Shown here: piece by piece, positions 9,921 to 19,162 of the stretch
Layout of the letters: the number at the start of each line of letters is the position of its first letter
Numbering within the stretch: position 1 is the first letter of the stretch
Assembly (NCBI GenBank): GCA_010093745.1
Contig: MU006001.1
Coordinates: 114,348 to 134,347, forward strand
From: Piedraia hortae CBS 480.64
Taxonomy: Eukaryota
Direction: 5' to 3'
DNA: 20,000 nt
Position numbers and translations under genes: made by a program
The notes under the pieces: model-generated
Database searches by the model: none
What the model saw: only the letters and a program-made list of their open reading frames with translations
Told to the model about the DNA's origin: nothing

Positions 9921-10064
9921 GTCATAACACAAGACTGTCACCCGTTCAAGGTGACTGGTTATGACTTGTGTGGTGGGGAATGGTAGCTAAGAAAGGTGGG
10001 GTTGTTCAGCCCGCGCACTTTCCTTCTCACCAACCCCCACCACGAGTCATAACCTGCCACCTTG
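9921..10064. repeat. Long imperfect inverted repeat (9947-10064) plus a third partial arm (9921-9942)
   Basis: Left arm caaggtgactggttatgacttgtgtggtggggaatggt compared with the reverse complement of the right arm, caaggtggcaggttatgactcgtggtgggggttggt. Inner pairing gggttg/cagccc. GTCATAAC occurs at 9921 (+), 9958-9965 (-) and 10046 (+). Confidence 0.85.
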
Positions 10065-10358
10065 GTCTAGTGGATTGGTAACGGAAAATCGACCGGATCT
10101 GTCGTACATAATGTTGGAAGATAGTTGTTGCGTAGCGCAATCGTTCTGAAGATTGAGTTTTTACAAAGTTGTGTTTTCTGATGTTCAGCAACGAGCTTAT
10201 ATAAGTGGCTTCTTTGTTCAGACAGTCTCAAATATCACTCCATAGCTCCACTGTCCTCTTTATTATGCTCTTTGAGCATTTTGCTATACAAGATTTTTCT
10301 TTGTATAGTCTTTGTTATCGGGCCGAGGTATAGCACTAATACTTCTCAACAACACATA

Positions 10359-10744
10359 ATGTCCTGCTGTGAAGAACATCAGTCCACCAGACTCCTTCAC
10401 AGGTTGTACACCTCGAATTACAAGGTTCTTTTGGTCTCACACGGAACACTCATCTTCGTCTCTCCCGCAAATATGAAAGTCAGCTATAGCCATGCCGACC
10501 ACATTGTGAAACGACAAAATTGAATCCCATCACACAAGATTGCGAACCCAAAAATGACCAAAACGCACAAAACAAACCATCATTGCTCCGGCACGTGGCC
10601 CTCCGGTCGGCCGCGCCGTCCACGCCGTCACGCCCTGATACGGTGAAAGCCCTGCACGCATCCCCTCGCCAACCCCTTTTACTAGTGATTTTGTACAATG
10701 GTCATGTATCTCGAGTGGTGATTCAATATATGAGTAAACTCTGA
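10359..10744 (+). pseudogene. Possible fourth, highly decayed small Cys/His gene (copy D)
   Basis: TATATAA at ~10198, a C/A-rich leader, and ATG reading MSCCEEHQ. The intron-like segment 10591-10649 (GCACGT...CTGAT...AAG, 59 nt) ends ccctgatacggtgaaag, compared with cactaatgcggtgaaaag in copy C (60 nt). The protein motif cannot be cleanly recovered. Confidence 0.25.
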
Positions 10745-10803
10745 ACCTGTAATTCCTTCAGTAGTGGTCCAGTAGTATTGATTCACTGCAGAATCCAAGC
10801 ACA

Positions 10804-12721
10804 TTTACAGTACCGAATAAGGGGCTTCAGGCAGGCCTGGACCGAGTGGTGAGACACTACTTCTTCATGACTGAGTTCACTGCCGAACAGTTTCATTATA
10901 CAGAATTGGTTGAAGGCATGATCAAGTACGCAAAAGCCATCAGATATTCATTGGAACATTATTGGATTGAGGTTGATCATGTAGTGGTGGGTTATTGAAG
11001 AGAAATATGCCTACAATATATCTAAGCCTCACATGGTACAAATAGCTCCCCACTCTTTGTCGATGAGTACGTGTCCAGATCTTCTTGGAGCATACTTTTT
11101 CTAGATAATTGTCAGCAACATGTACGGTCATGAAGTAATTACAAACTACGTCCTGCTCGCCGATTGGGCACGGATATCAACTTGGTGAATTACTGCTTTT
11201 GGACCGATGGTACCAGCAGTTCGGGAGGCTCTCGCTGGGCGCCCATGCAATCACTCTCCATGATTCTGGCCGGCGAAAGTCGCAATGTAAGTCTTTCTGC
11301 CAAACATATTAATAAGTTTTCTCTGACAATCCACTCAACAGGAGAATTTTCACCCTTCCCTTCACTTATTCGTTGCAGCCGGCGACAAAATCAAGGGCAA
11401 TCAGATGATGGACGCCATTAAGGCGGATATGACGCGTCTTCAATGCGGCAAAATGGCCTTCAACCGCAAAGCCAGGTCAAATCGAGTCCTCGTTGGTGGC
11501 CCAGTTACGGGGCAAGTTGACAACCTGGAGGCCTCCAGCCTCTGCAGCCACACGATAAACAGCAAGCTTCCTTGCCGGACCTGCCTCTTTGACAAGCTGC
11601 AGGTGGAATCTTCGCACGATATCATCACATCTGGTACGTCTAGGGTGGTGATTACCGCACGATCATTTCCTCTTGGCCGATGGCACTCGCCACATTCTTC
11701 AGATCCAGAGGGCGACCTTCCGAGGTTAGGCAGTTGCTGCGCTTGCGGTGCGCGGCTGCAAAGCTCACAAAGCTTTTGTATGCCATTCACATCGAAGACA
11801 TCGATCTGTGGTCAATAGCTTTTCGACAGACATCCGAGAACATGATGAGGAGATGGGAAGAGATGTGGGACTTGGACGACATCAGCAAGAAGCTGAAATT
11901 GCATTCGCTTTGCCATATGTCAATGTGGGTTCGGAGATTTGGGCCGGTCATAGGGGCAATGACTGAGACCCAAGAGAGCACCAGCAAGTTTCTTCGACAG
12001 CATACAGAGCATACCAATCAGCAAGCCATCTCTATGGATGTCGGAGAAAGAGGGGTCATCACCTCTGGCGAGCGACACATCGCAGCTGGAGGCTGGTGGT
12101 GTCTCAATGGGACTCGCATGACCCGTGCAGGCGAAGGTGTTGTTAGGCTCTTTAAAACGCCACTGGTCCAGGGCTTCATGGGACTGCCAAACGACCACGG
12201 ACCAGGAACAAGGCGCCTGTGGAGCGTTAGACAAGACCCCACCTCAGCAGTCGATGACGCGCTGGATATCCTCCCTCGTCAGCGTTATGGGGTTCCGTAG
12301 CAGCGCGGTGAATACCGGAAATGCCATCGTCTGAGTGAACCACTGTCCTGCCGCGTTAGATCTTTTGTCAGGCACTTGCTATTGAAGCGCCTTTTTCAGA
12401 GTGAATTACTTCTTGCAAAACTCTCGGCATCATGTGTTGGTTGCACTGCTTAAGGAATTCCAACGATGTACGCCGCGAACCGAAATTGAGAGGGCAATCG
12501 CGTCGGAAGGATACCCTACCTTCGCTTCGAGCCAGCGCTACAGCATCTGTTCCATCCAAGATCTGTCATGTGTCGTGAACGTGCTACATCTGTGTAACAG
12601 TGGCTGAAAAAAGGTCTAGAGGACCACCGTACACCGCATAGAGAGGGATGACAGTGAGTCCCAGTCTTGTAAATGGATCCTCAACATCCATGTGCTGAAT
12701 GCAGCATGGGATGGCAATTAA
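10804..12721 (+). mobile_element. Degenerate DDE DNA-transposase gene (CACTA/Mirage/Chapaev-like), internally deleted, with stops and frameshifts
   Basis: Motifs occur in the expected order: FWTDGTSSSGGSRW (cf. W.DDTSGN.SK.W), VDNLEASSLCSH.....PCRTC (cf. GDNP..SE..SH......CR.C), GGDYRTI (cf. G.DF...), KLKLHSLCHMSMWVRRFGP....TETQES...LR....HTNQQAISMDVG (cf. K.K.H.L.H....IRRFGP....TE.FES.N...R....HSN..APSRDI), and C-terminal CVVNVLHLC...WILN. The family consensus is recalled from memory. Element termini were not identified. Confidence 0.8.
11287..11341 (+). other. 55-nt phase-0 spliceosomal intron inside the transposase relic
   Basis: GTAAGT donor, CTGAC branch and CAG acceptor. Removing it fuses the 11164 frame (...LAGESRN) in frame to ENFHPSLHLFVAA...MMDAIKADM (the 11405 frame). 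Confidence 0.8.
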
Positions 12722-13041
12722 GCTTCTCCAACTTGCTCTTGTTGGATACTTTGTAGCCGCATATCTTTAATTTAATGAGCGTCTGATCAAGGACAATGAG
12801 CTAAAGAAAACCCATGGTGGTAGTCTTCTGCACAGGCTCTTTCACGGGATAAGGTGGGGCTAAGAGATAATTTGGGTATGTGGTAGAGTTCCCAAGTTCT
12901 AAATCACCTTCGCATGACAGCGTAGGATGTATTGACCTTAGAACCGACGGTAAAAGCCACTATACTTGGATTCGTTGGCAGCTCATCATAAGACTGCTGC
13001 CAGAGTAGTGTCCAGACAATATTGTCATAGTAGTCCACTAG

Positions 13042-13443
13042 TGCATCACTACTATACGGGGTTGGCTGTGTAGGGCAATTCTCGCCTGAAAGTGAATATG
13101 GGGATAAGATAAAATCCTTCAAATACTGTGACGAGTATCGGGGCCTTTGCCAGTCACATGGCCTGGCGTACATGAAAAGCACGGTAACACTTGTATATAG
13201 TGTGAGTAGCCCAGGGTAGACCCTCTTGCCAACAGACTTAATTTACTAATGCATTTGAGGGTGACTGAGAGGCTTAAAGAGCAGCCCAAAAAGGAGGAAT
13301 AGGCCAAGGAGGCGGAGCAAGCAATCATGGCTCAAGAAGGCAGAACGGATCAGTACGACAATTTCGCGAGGGCCAAGTCAAAGGGAAAAAATCCAACTAC
13401 AGAGAGAAGCGATAGCGGTCTATGTAGTGGTTCACTGCAATAG
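13042..13443 (+). pseudogene. Relic of a small spliced Cys/His-rich gene with a K/E-rich tail (copy B), intron ~13202-13259
   Basis: KYCDEYRGLCQSHGLAYMKS (13121-13180), then after a frameshift TCI*-t|GTGAGT, a TACTAAT branch, and VTERLKEQPKKEE*AKEAEQAIMAQE. The intron is homologous to those of copies A and C. Confidence 0.6.
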
Positions 13444-13924
13444 CAGTTCGTTGGCAAGACGAGATAGGGGACCAATTAGGCGTAGGCGAAAGAAGTGAAA
13501 AAGAGGAAAGCGGAAGCCAACACGAAGCCCAAGATGATGGAAAAGAATGTATGCCAGACGAGATAGTTCAGACATATTTCCTTGGGGTCCAGGCCAGGCT
13601 ATGTTTCACAGCTTAACACATTCTGCCGGACGATTTCTATTGAGCAGCTACAACTGAAGATGTGTCAAATGTGATGGTATAATAACTTCGTATGATGTTG
13701 ATGGTGATCCTCCTTTTTCAAACTGCACTTTCCACTTCACTCCTTGATGGAAGTGTGCGAAGAAACACATGCACCATATGACACCGTCCTTGAATCAGTC
13801 ATGCAATGATGGCATATTGTCAGAAGCAGATCCATTGCATATTAATATACACAGAACTCTCGAATACTAGCCTACACTCAATCTGTCATCGTCCATCATG
13901 TTCACATATAATCAACAATCTGCC

Positions 13925-15262
13925 CTAACCAGCCCTCTTCTTCTTTCCCTGTCCCTCGCCCTCCCCGTCCTCTTCGGCCTTCCTCTTTCCACCCGTCGAT
14001 GCCACAGCCTCCTTCCTCTTCACCAACCCCGAAACATCCTTCGCGGAGGCCACAACGTCTTCAAGTCCCTTCCCTTTCAACAACTCACCCAACAAGTCTT
14101 TCACCTCTTCCTCCTCCACTTTGGGGGCATCAACCGGCCTCCTTAATTCTGCAAGACGGAGCTTCATCTCAGCAATAATCTCCTTAATTTCAGTAACTTC
14201 CTTTGAAGCCACCCCCTTCTGAGCAAGGAGCGAAGACAGATGCATTTCCGACGAACGAATGGCAAGCGAGATTTGCTCTGCGGCCTTGCTGCGGAGGACC
14301 TTTTTCTCGGGAAGAGTGACGCCACTGCCGTTCTCCGTGTTTGCGGTTTTTCCACCTTCAGCGGGTTTGGCGTTAGCATCCCCCGAGTTGTGATGGTCCT
14401 GTGTGGTTGTTTCTTTTCCCTCCTGCTCCGAAGGTATTAAAGAAGCAAACTCCAAGGCAAGCGCAAGTTTAAAGTGCGCTTCTGCAACGAGGCGACTACT
14501 TTGCGGGTAGAGATTTTTCTTGAGGGCGAGCGCTTTAGTCGCGTCATTAACTGCATCGTGGAAGCGTTCATTCTCGAGCGAGATCTCGGCTTGGATGTCG
14601 TGGATTTCGGAAAGGTGCTCTTTGATCGTTTGCCCTTGGGATTTGGAGGTGGAGCTGTCTTTTCCATCTGCGTCTCGAGCTGCATTGGTGGAACCCTCGT
14701 CCTTGGTGGTATCCTGCTTCATACCCGTACCATTCGACTCTCCCTTTGCGGTGGAGCCCTGTTTCGCATCCACATCACTAGTCTCGTTAAGTTCACCAAG
14801 CCTCCTCTCAAACAGCACCCTCGCCAGATCTAGGACCTCCCACGCAATCGCGAAATCATCATCCTCTTCTTCTTCTTCTTCCTCCTCCTGTCCCTCTTCC
14901 TCCTCAGACGCACTCTCCACATCATCATTCGTAATCTGAATCAGCCTACCGGACGCCGGGGGATGACTACCCGCCGATTTCCTAGCGGCCGAAGGCGCCC
15001 CATTAGCCGCCCCTGAGGGTTTACTCGCCGCCCCACCGCCCAGTACATCCGACTTCCCGACCGCTACTTGAAACAAACTCTTGCCGTAGCGAAAGAGTAG
15101 CTCCGCGTTCGCGGGGTTCATCTCTCCGTTGATCTCATCTTGTAGCGCGACGGCTTCGCTGTACAGTTCCGTCGCCGCGGCGTGGTTTTTGAGACTGGAC
15201 TGGTGCGCGGCACGGGTGGTTAGGTTGGCGAGTTTGGATTGGTTTTCCGTTGAGGACGCCAT
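13925..15262 (-). CDS. NASP/Sim3/Hif1-family histone chaperone (SHNi-TPR), 445 aa, intronless
   Basis: TPR1 (ATELYSEAV...GEMNPANAELLFRYGKSLFQVA), an acidic patch interrupting TPR2 followed by DDDFAIAWEVLDLARVLF, the SHNi-TPR segment EIHDIQAEISLENERFHDAV, AEAHFKLALALEF, and a C-terminal DVSGLVKRK plus basic NLS-like end. Confidence 0.93.
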   Translation of the reverse strand: MASSTENQSKLANLTTRAAHQSSLKNHAAATELYSEAVALQDEINGEMNPANAELLFRYGKSLFQVAVGKSDVLGGGAASKPSGAANGAPSAARKSAGSHPPASGRLIQITNDDVESASEEEEGQEEEEEEEEDDDFAIAWEVLDLARVLFERRLGELNETSDVDAKQGSTAKGESNGTGMKQDTTKDEGSTNAARDADGKDSSTSKSQGQTIKEHLSEIHDIQAEISLENERFHDAVNDATKALALKKNLYPQSSRLVAEAHFKLALALEFASLIPSEQEGKETTTQDHHNSGDANAKPAEGGKTANTENGSGVTLPEKKVLRSKAAEQISLAIRSSEMHLSSLLAQKGVASKEVTEIKEIIAEMKLRLAELRRPVDAPKVEEEEVKDLLGELLKGKGLEDVVASAKDVSGLVKRKEAVASTGGKRKAEEDGEGEGQGKKKRAG

Positions 15263-15302
15263 TGTTCGTGGAGGAGGAGGCGATGCGATTGCGATCAGGC
15301 GG

Positions 15303-15321
15303 CGACGCGACGCGACGCGAC
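15303..15321. promoter_or_regulatory. (CGACG)n repeat giving three tandem ACGCGA MCB-like elements just upstream of the NASP-like gene
   Basis: cgacgcgacgcgacgcgac lies 41-59 bp upstream of the ATG at 15262. MCB function is inferred from the ACGCG core only. Confidence 0.45.
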
Positions 15322-16128
15322 CGGGTTAAAGTGAGCTAGAATGCATTGGGATTAGCGTGCCAAGATACCCCGCGCTCTCCACACAAATGATCTTCGAGAA
15401 TTTACGGACTCTGCGGGGAATATAGATGGATGACTACCACCGTCTCTGAGCGTACACTGAGTGATAGTTCCGACGGGTCGTTATCGCGCTGCGGAGATGT
15501 AATGGAGGTGCTGGCCCTTATCGATGGCCAGGCACTTAGGAAAGGCTGGCATTCTCCTACATGTGAATGCAATTGGGAAGCAGCCGTTTATGTGACATAT
15601 CTCGAAGAACAAGGATCGGTGCCCCTGACTAGGTTGTGAGAGTACTTGATTGCGTATATTCCACACAATCGGTTGTACCACACAACCAGTCGATCCAACG
15701 ATAAGGAAACGTGTTAACCGGCATCAAAAACCGACGCCCCGTACGCTACCGAACCAGAAAGAACGATTGCCGAAGGGCACATTTCCATGTGCTGTGAAGG
15801 TGCAGTGGACCTGAAGCTGCTAGACAACGAACGGGGATAGAGCCATCCACACAAAGCGAGCTTATTACGCTCTTACATGCAGAAAGCACATGCTGTGGTG
15901 GACCCGTATAAAAGGCTGAGGTATTGCGAGTGTGCAAAAGATGGTGACCAAAGAAAATACAGAGCTAAGGTCACCTAGTTTTAATCCAAGATCGCAAGAC
16001 AATGAACGCCGGTGGCAATTTTCCCAGACGGTCCGATGGGTCGCATTTATATACGGTCGCGCGACCGAGCAGCGCAGACACTGCCATAATTTGCCTTTGG
16101 ATTAGTTATGACCAGATAGAAGGTTTGA

Positions 16129-16653
16129 ATTCGTGTTGATGAGCCGCAGGAGGATCTTGGTGCCAACGACCATAAACACATCGTGTTGAGCAAGTGGTAC
16201 TTTGACGATATGAAGAGACACAAGACCAAGGTGCTTGCGGTAGACGTGGGCTAGGAGAGGGACATCTCAACAGACGACTGGATCATCCACAAACTTGTAT
16301 CCCTTTCAATCGGGGAATATACAAACGAACCGCACAGAGCCGCTTTCGGGGTATGCGGAGGAGAGAACCTAGAGCATCGTTACCTCAAGAGTACGTGAAT
16401 CCACTAATTATCTTTACCCAACCGCTAATATCGACAGCTAAACATCTGGCTAAACTTCGTGCTAGAGGTAGACACCTGGGTGCTGGCCAAAGAAGTCAGC
16501 CTGGACGGCTGGAATAACAATGCTGGCCGTGCCTTGCATGATGCTTGTGATGCTAATTCCCAGCACACAGATTTCCGAGGGGTTAGCCGTGCTGGTTTCG
16601 TGGGTCGTCCCATGCCTTGGGCAAAAAGCGCCCTCGGCCGGAGGCGAGCATAG
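16129..16653 (+). pseudogene. Probable BTB/POZ-domain pseudogene with intron 16391-16437
   Basis: VLAVDVG*E...DWIIHKLV...HRAAFG..GGE resembles the start of fungal BTB domains (V.VG.E...F.IHK....FF.AAF.G.F.E). After a GTACGT...GCTAAT...CAG intron, LNIWLNF...VDTWVLAKEVSLDGWNNNAGRAL resembles the WLY...LWVLAD.L....L.N....L helices. There is an in-frame TAG at 16252 and a frame mismatch across the intron. Confidence 0.45.
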
Positions 16654-17214
16654 GTGTTTCAATCGGTTGGTACTTGTAGAGGGCAAGGATGCGCTTACGC
16701 TTGCATGACACTATCTAAAAGCGCTTCATGTGGGCCACGCGCTTGCCTGTGACAGCGTAGCCGTACGTTGATAAGTGCCAAATACCAGAATGATCGGCTG
16801 AAGCAGGGTTTGTGCATGCATAGCCGCCTTTCGCCATGATGGGCTATCAACCGCTCCGCTAACCGCCTTGTCTTGTGATTGGCTAACAGTATGCGGCAAA
16901 AAGCCGCCGACTTGATGTATTGTAGTTGTATACCTGTTGTGCGGTCTTCAATAAATTGACAAGAGGTTGCATGGTTGTCGAAGATTTATAGCACTCTTGG
17001 CCTGAATTCCTCCCCGTAAAGCCTAGAACTGTCATGTCGCATCAATATGTGGACCACAACTAGGAAGTAGTAGCACTTGCAAGCCATTGCAAGCCATTGC
17101 CTGCCACGCCTGCCCTGGCACTTCTCTTAGGCTTTTGGTGTGGGCCATGGTACTTCGCTCCCGACATCCCCAACACCTCTGATCCCTACAGACCCCCTAG
17201 ACTGCTGGAATAAC

Positions 17215-18739
17215 ATGGCCACGAGCTTCACAAAGCACTTGGAAGGGCAAATCACGCGATCAGGGCCTGGCGCCCCCAAATCTCGCAGCTCCTCCACTAG
17301 CACGGTCAGGTACAGGGGCCACGAGCCGTCTGAGACGCTCCAGGACAATATCCGGACCCTCACGGAGAGCATCGGAGCATTCGAAGACATATCGCTGCTG
17401 CATCACAAGGGAGGGGGCTATAACCGAATGATCGTTGTCCATTTAAATAAAAGCGGCCAGGTTATTAAAGAAATTTATTGCATTACACGGTTCACGGAAA
17501 CGCCAAGCGACATGTCAGTACGTGAAAAGTGTCTTGAATACGAGTATCAGGATCTAGTGACAGTGCTGGTAAGGCATGACATGCCTGGGCCCAATCTCCT
17601 CGCGTTTGACGAAAGCAGGGAAAACCCATTGAACTGTCGCTATATCTTTACCCGAATATTTCCCCAGCATTTGCCTTGAAGATGTTTACGCCAAGATGAC
17701 TCTTTCCGAAAGATTTATCGTCGACGGTGTTATGGAGTTCCTGCTCCCTGCGGAGCGTGTTGAGTTTCCTTGTACCGGCATAATGTGTGCATCCAGACAG
17801 CCCAATACCGCGATTAAGGCCTCATCCTTTCTTGAAGCCAATTTTCCCAAGCTCAGGGCTGACTAAATGCTTTTGAAACTCCTCGGGACTTTGAAATGGT
17901 GGAATCGTTCGCAGATTTGATGTCCAGCATGCTGAATGCTCAGGTCGGGTGGGGGGGATGTTGGTGGGCCCACTCCCTTGCTGAAGAATCTCTACAAGAT
18001 TAGCTTTGAGATGAAATAGCATGCCATCTTTGACTTCCGGCACAAGGCCAGTGTATCGACCTCAAACAGCATCCTGTACCATTGGAACCTGTTTCCTAGA
18101 AACGTCTTAGTTGTGCGAGCGGCTTCCCAACAAGAATGGAAAATTGACACGATCATCGACTGGGACGAGGTGCGAGCTGTACCTGCGGAGCTTGCGCGGC
18201 GGTCGCTCCCTTAGTTGTGGTACCTGACAGATTACGACAAGATGGCCCATGTCGGAAGCGACTTCGTTGCTCACACTGACGCTGATCTACGTAATCCTTC
18301 ATGATATGACGCTGGAAACGGAGGACTTTCGTCTGACGATCAGCAGGTCCGCAGTCGCTATAAGGGGGGGCTCATTCAAGGCCTTGGCAGCATCTACGAG
18401 GGATACAGCAGGAATGATTCCTATGAAGAAGCATATGGCAAAGGACGTTGGATTCGCCGCCTTTCATGCTTCGACACTGAGGACGATTTGGGCAATGAGT
18501 GTGTACCAATGTTTACGCATCTCGAAGACGACTGAGAAACATTCAAGCGGGGACATCCGGTCAAGCCTCTAAAGGTGGCCCCTTTTTGGTATGCCCGGGT
18601 CCTGCAAAATGACAGTTATCGAGGCTTGGCGGAAGGAGATGTTTGGGCATGCTGGGTGAATTCATCGAGCTCGGGACAACTTTCCCTTACATTTGAGGTA
18701 ATCAAAATGTGTTTAGAATATCATTGCTATGCTATCTAG
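17215..18739 (+). pseudogene. Full-length APH-like phosphotransferase pseudogene, paralog of the gene at 3-862
   Basis: The N-lobe has KGGGYNRMIVV and PGPNLLAFDESRENPLNCRY. From ~17850 it is colinear with window base 1 onward. There are frameshifts near 17655, 17865 and 17955, stops at 18017, 18212 and 18533, and the catalytic HWD is changed to HWN (18080-18088). Confidence 0.85.
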
Positions 18740-19162
18740 ATATCGGGCTCTCGCCCCAGAATTATTTTTGAACAAGCCTGTTTTGTGACCTGATCGATTG
18801 GAGACCCACATACGCTGAAGCTCAGTAGATACCGCCATCACCGCGAGTGGGCCAGCAGCTGAATATTCGAGTTCATCATTTACTTCTTCCTGTTCTGTTG
18901 TTGGAGTTATCAAGCAGATTTCCCAGTTAGGCCAGTATGACATAAGCAAGGCTAAGCTCGCGACTTTTCCCGACGCCCTTAATATGTACAAACGTCCTCG
19001 TGTCAAGCTAAAGGCTATCAGACCTGCTAGTCGAAGTGTCAGAGGGGACTCACAGCCCCAGAACAAAATCAGCCGATCATGCCCTCCAGGATTTTGCATT
19101 CCTTTTTTTTTCAATTCACTAAATTTCCGCAGAGCCCATGCACACTCGAACTGCCCATTCAA
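18713..19162 (-). pseudogene. Coding-like fragment, weakly reminiscent of a SNF2-type helicase C-terminal lobe
   Basis: A 149-codon open frame without a true ATG start. DRLILFWGCESPLTLRLAGLIAFSL...LYILRASG loosely resembles the K.L.F...P.T.......L......LRA segment of some fungal SNF2-like proteins, but no motif V or VI is visible. Confidence 0.2.

Noticed and set aside
10046..10071. Helitron 3' end (hairpin followed by CTAG|T)
   Set aside because: The hairpin is far longer and closer to CTAG than the canonical short GC-rich hairpin ~11 nt upstream, and no RepHel sequence is present.
12904..13182. 92-aa minus-strand ORF
   Set aside because: It has a non-ATG start and no recognisable motif, and it partly overlaps relic copy B on the opposite strand.
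9871..13204. CACTA-like termini (CACTA at 9873 and 9906; TAGTG near 13198-13202) as TIRs of the transposon
   Set aside because: Complementarity does not extend beyond 5-7 bp, no TSD was seen, and the right candidate lies inside relic copy B.
13682..13698. ATAACTTCGTATGATGT, 16/17 identical to the start of loxP
   Set aside because: There is no second inverted 13-bp arm and no vector or marker sequence nearby, so it is treated as a chance half-site.
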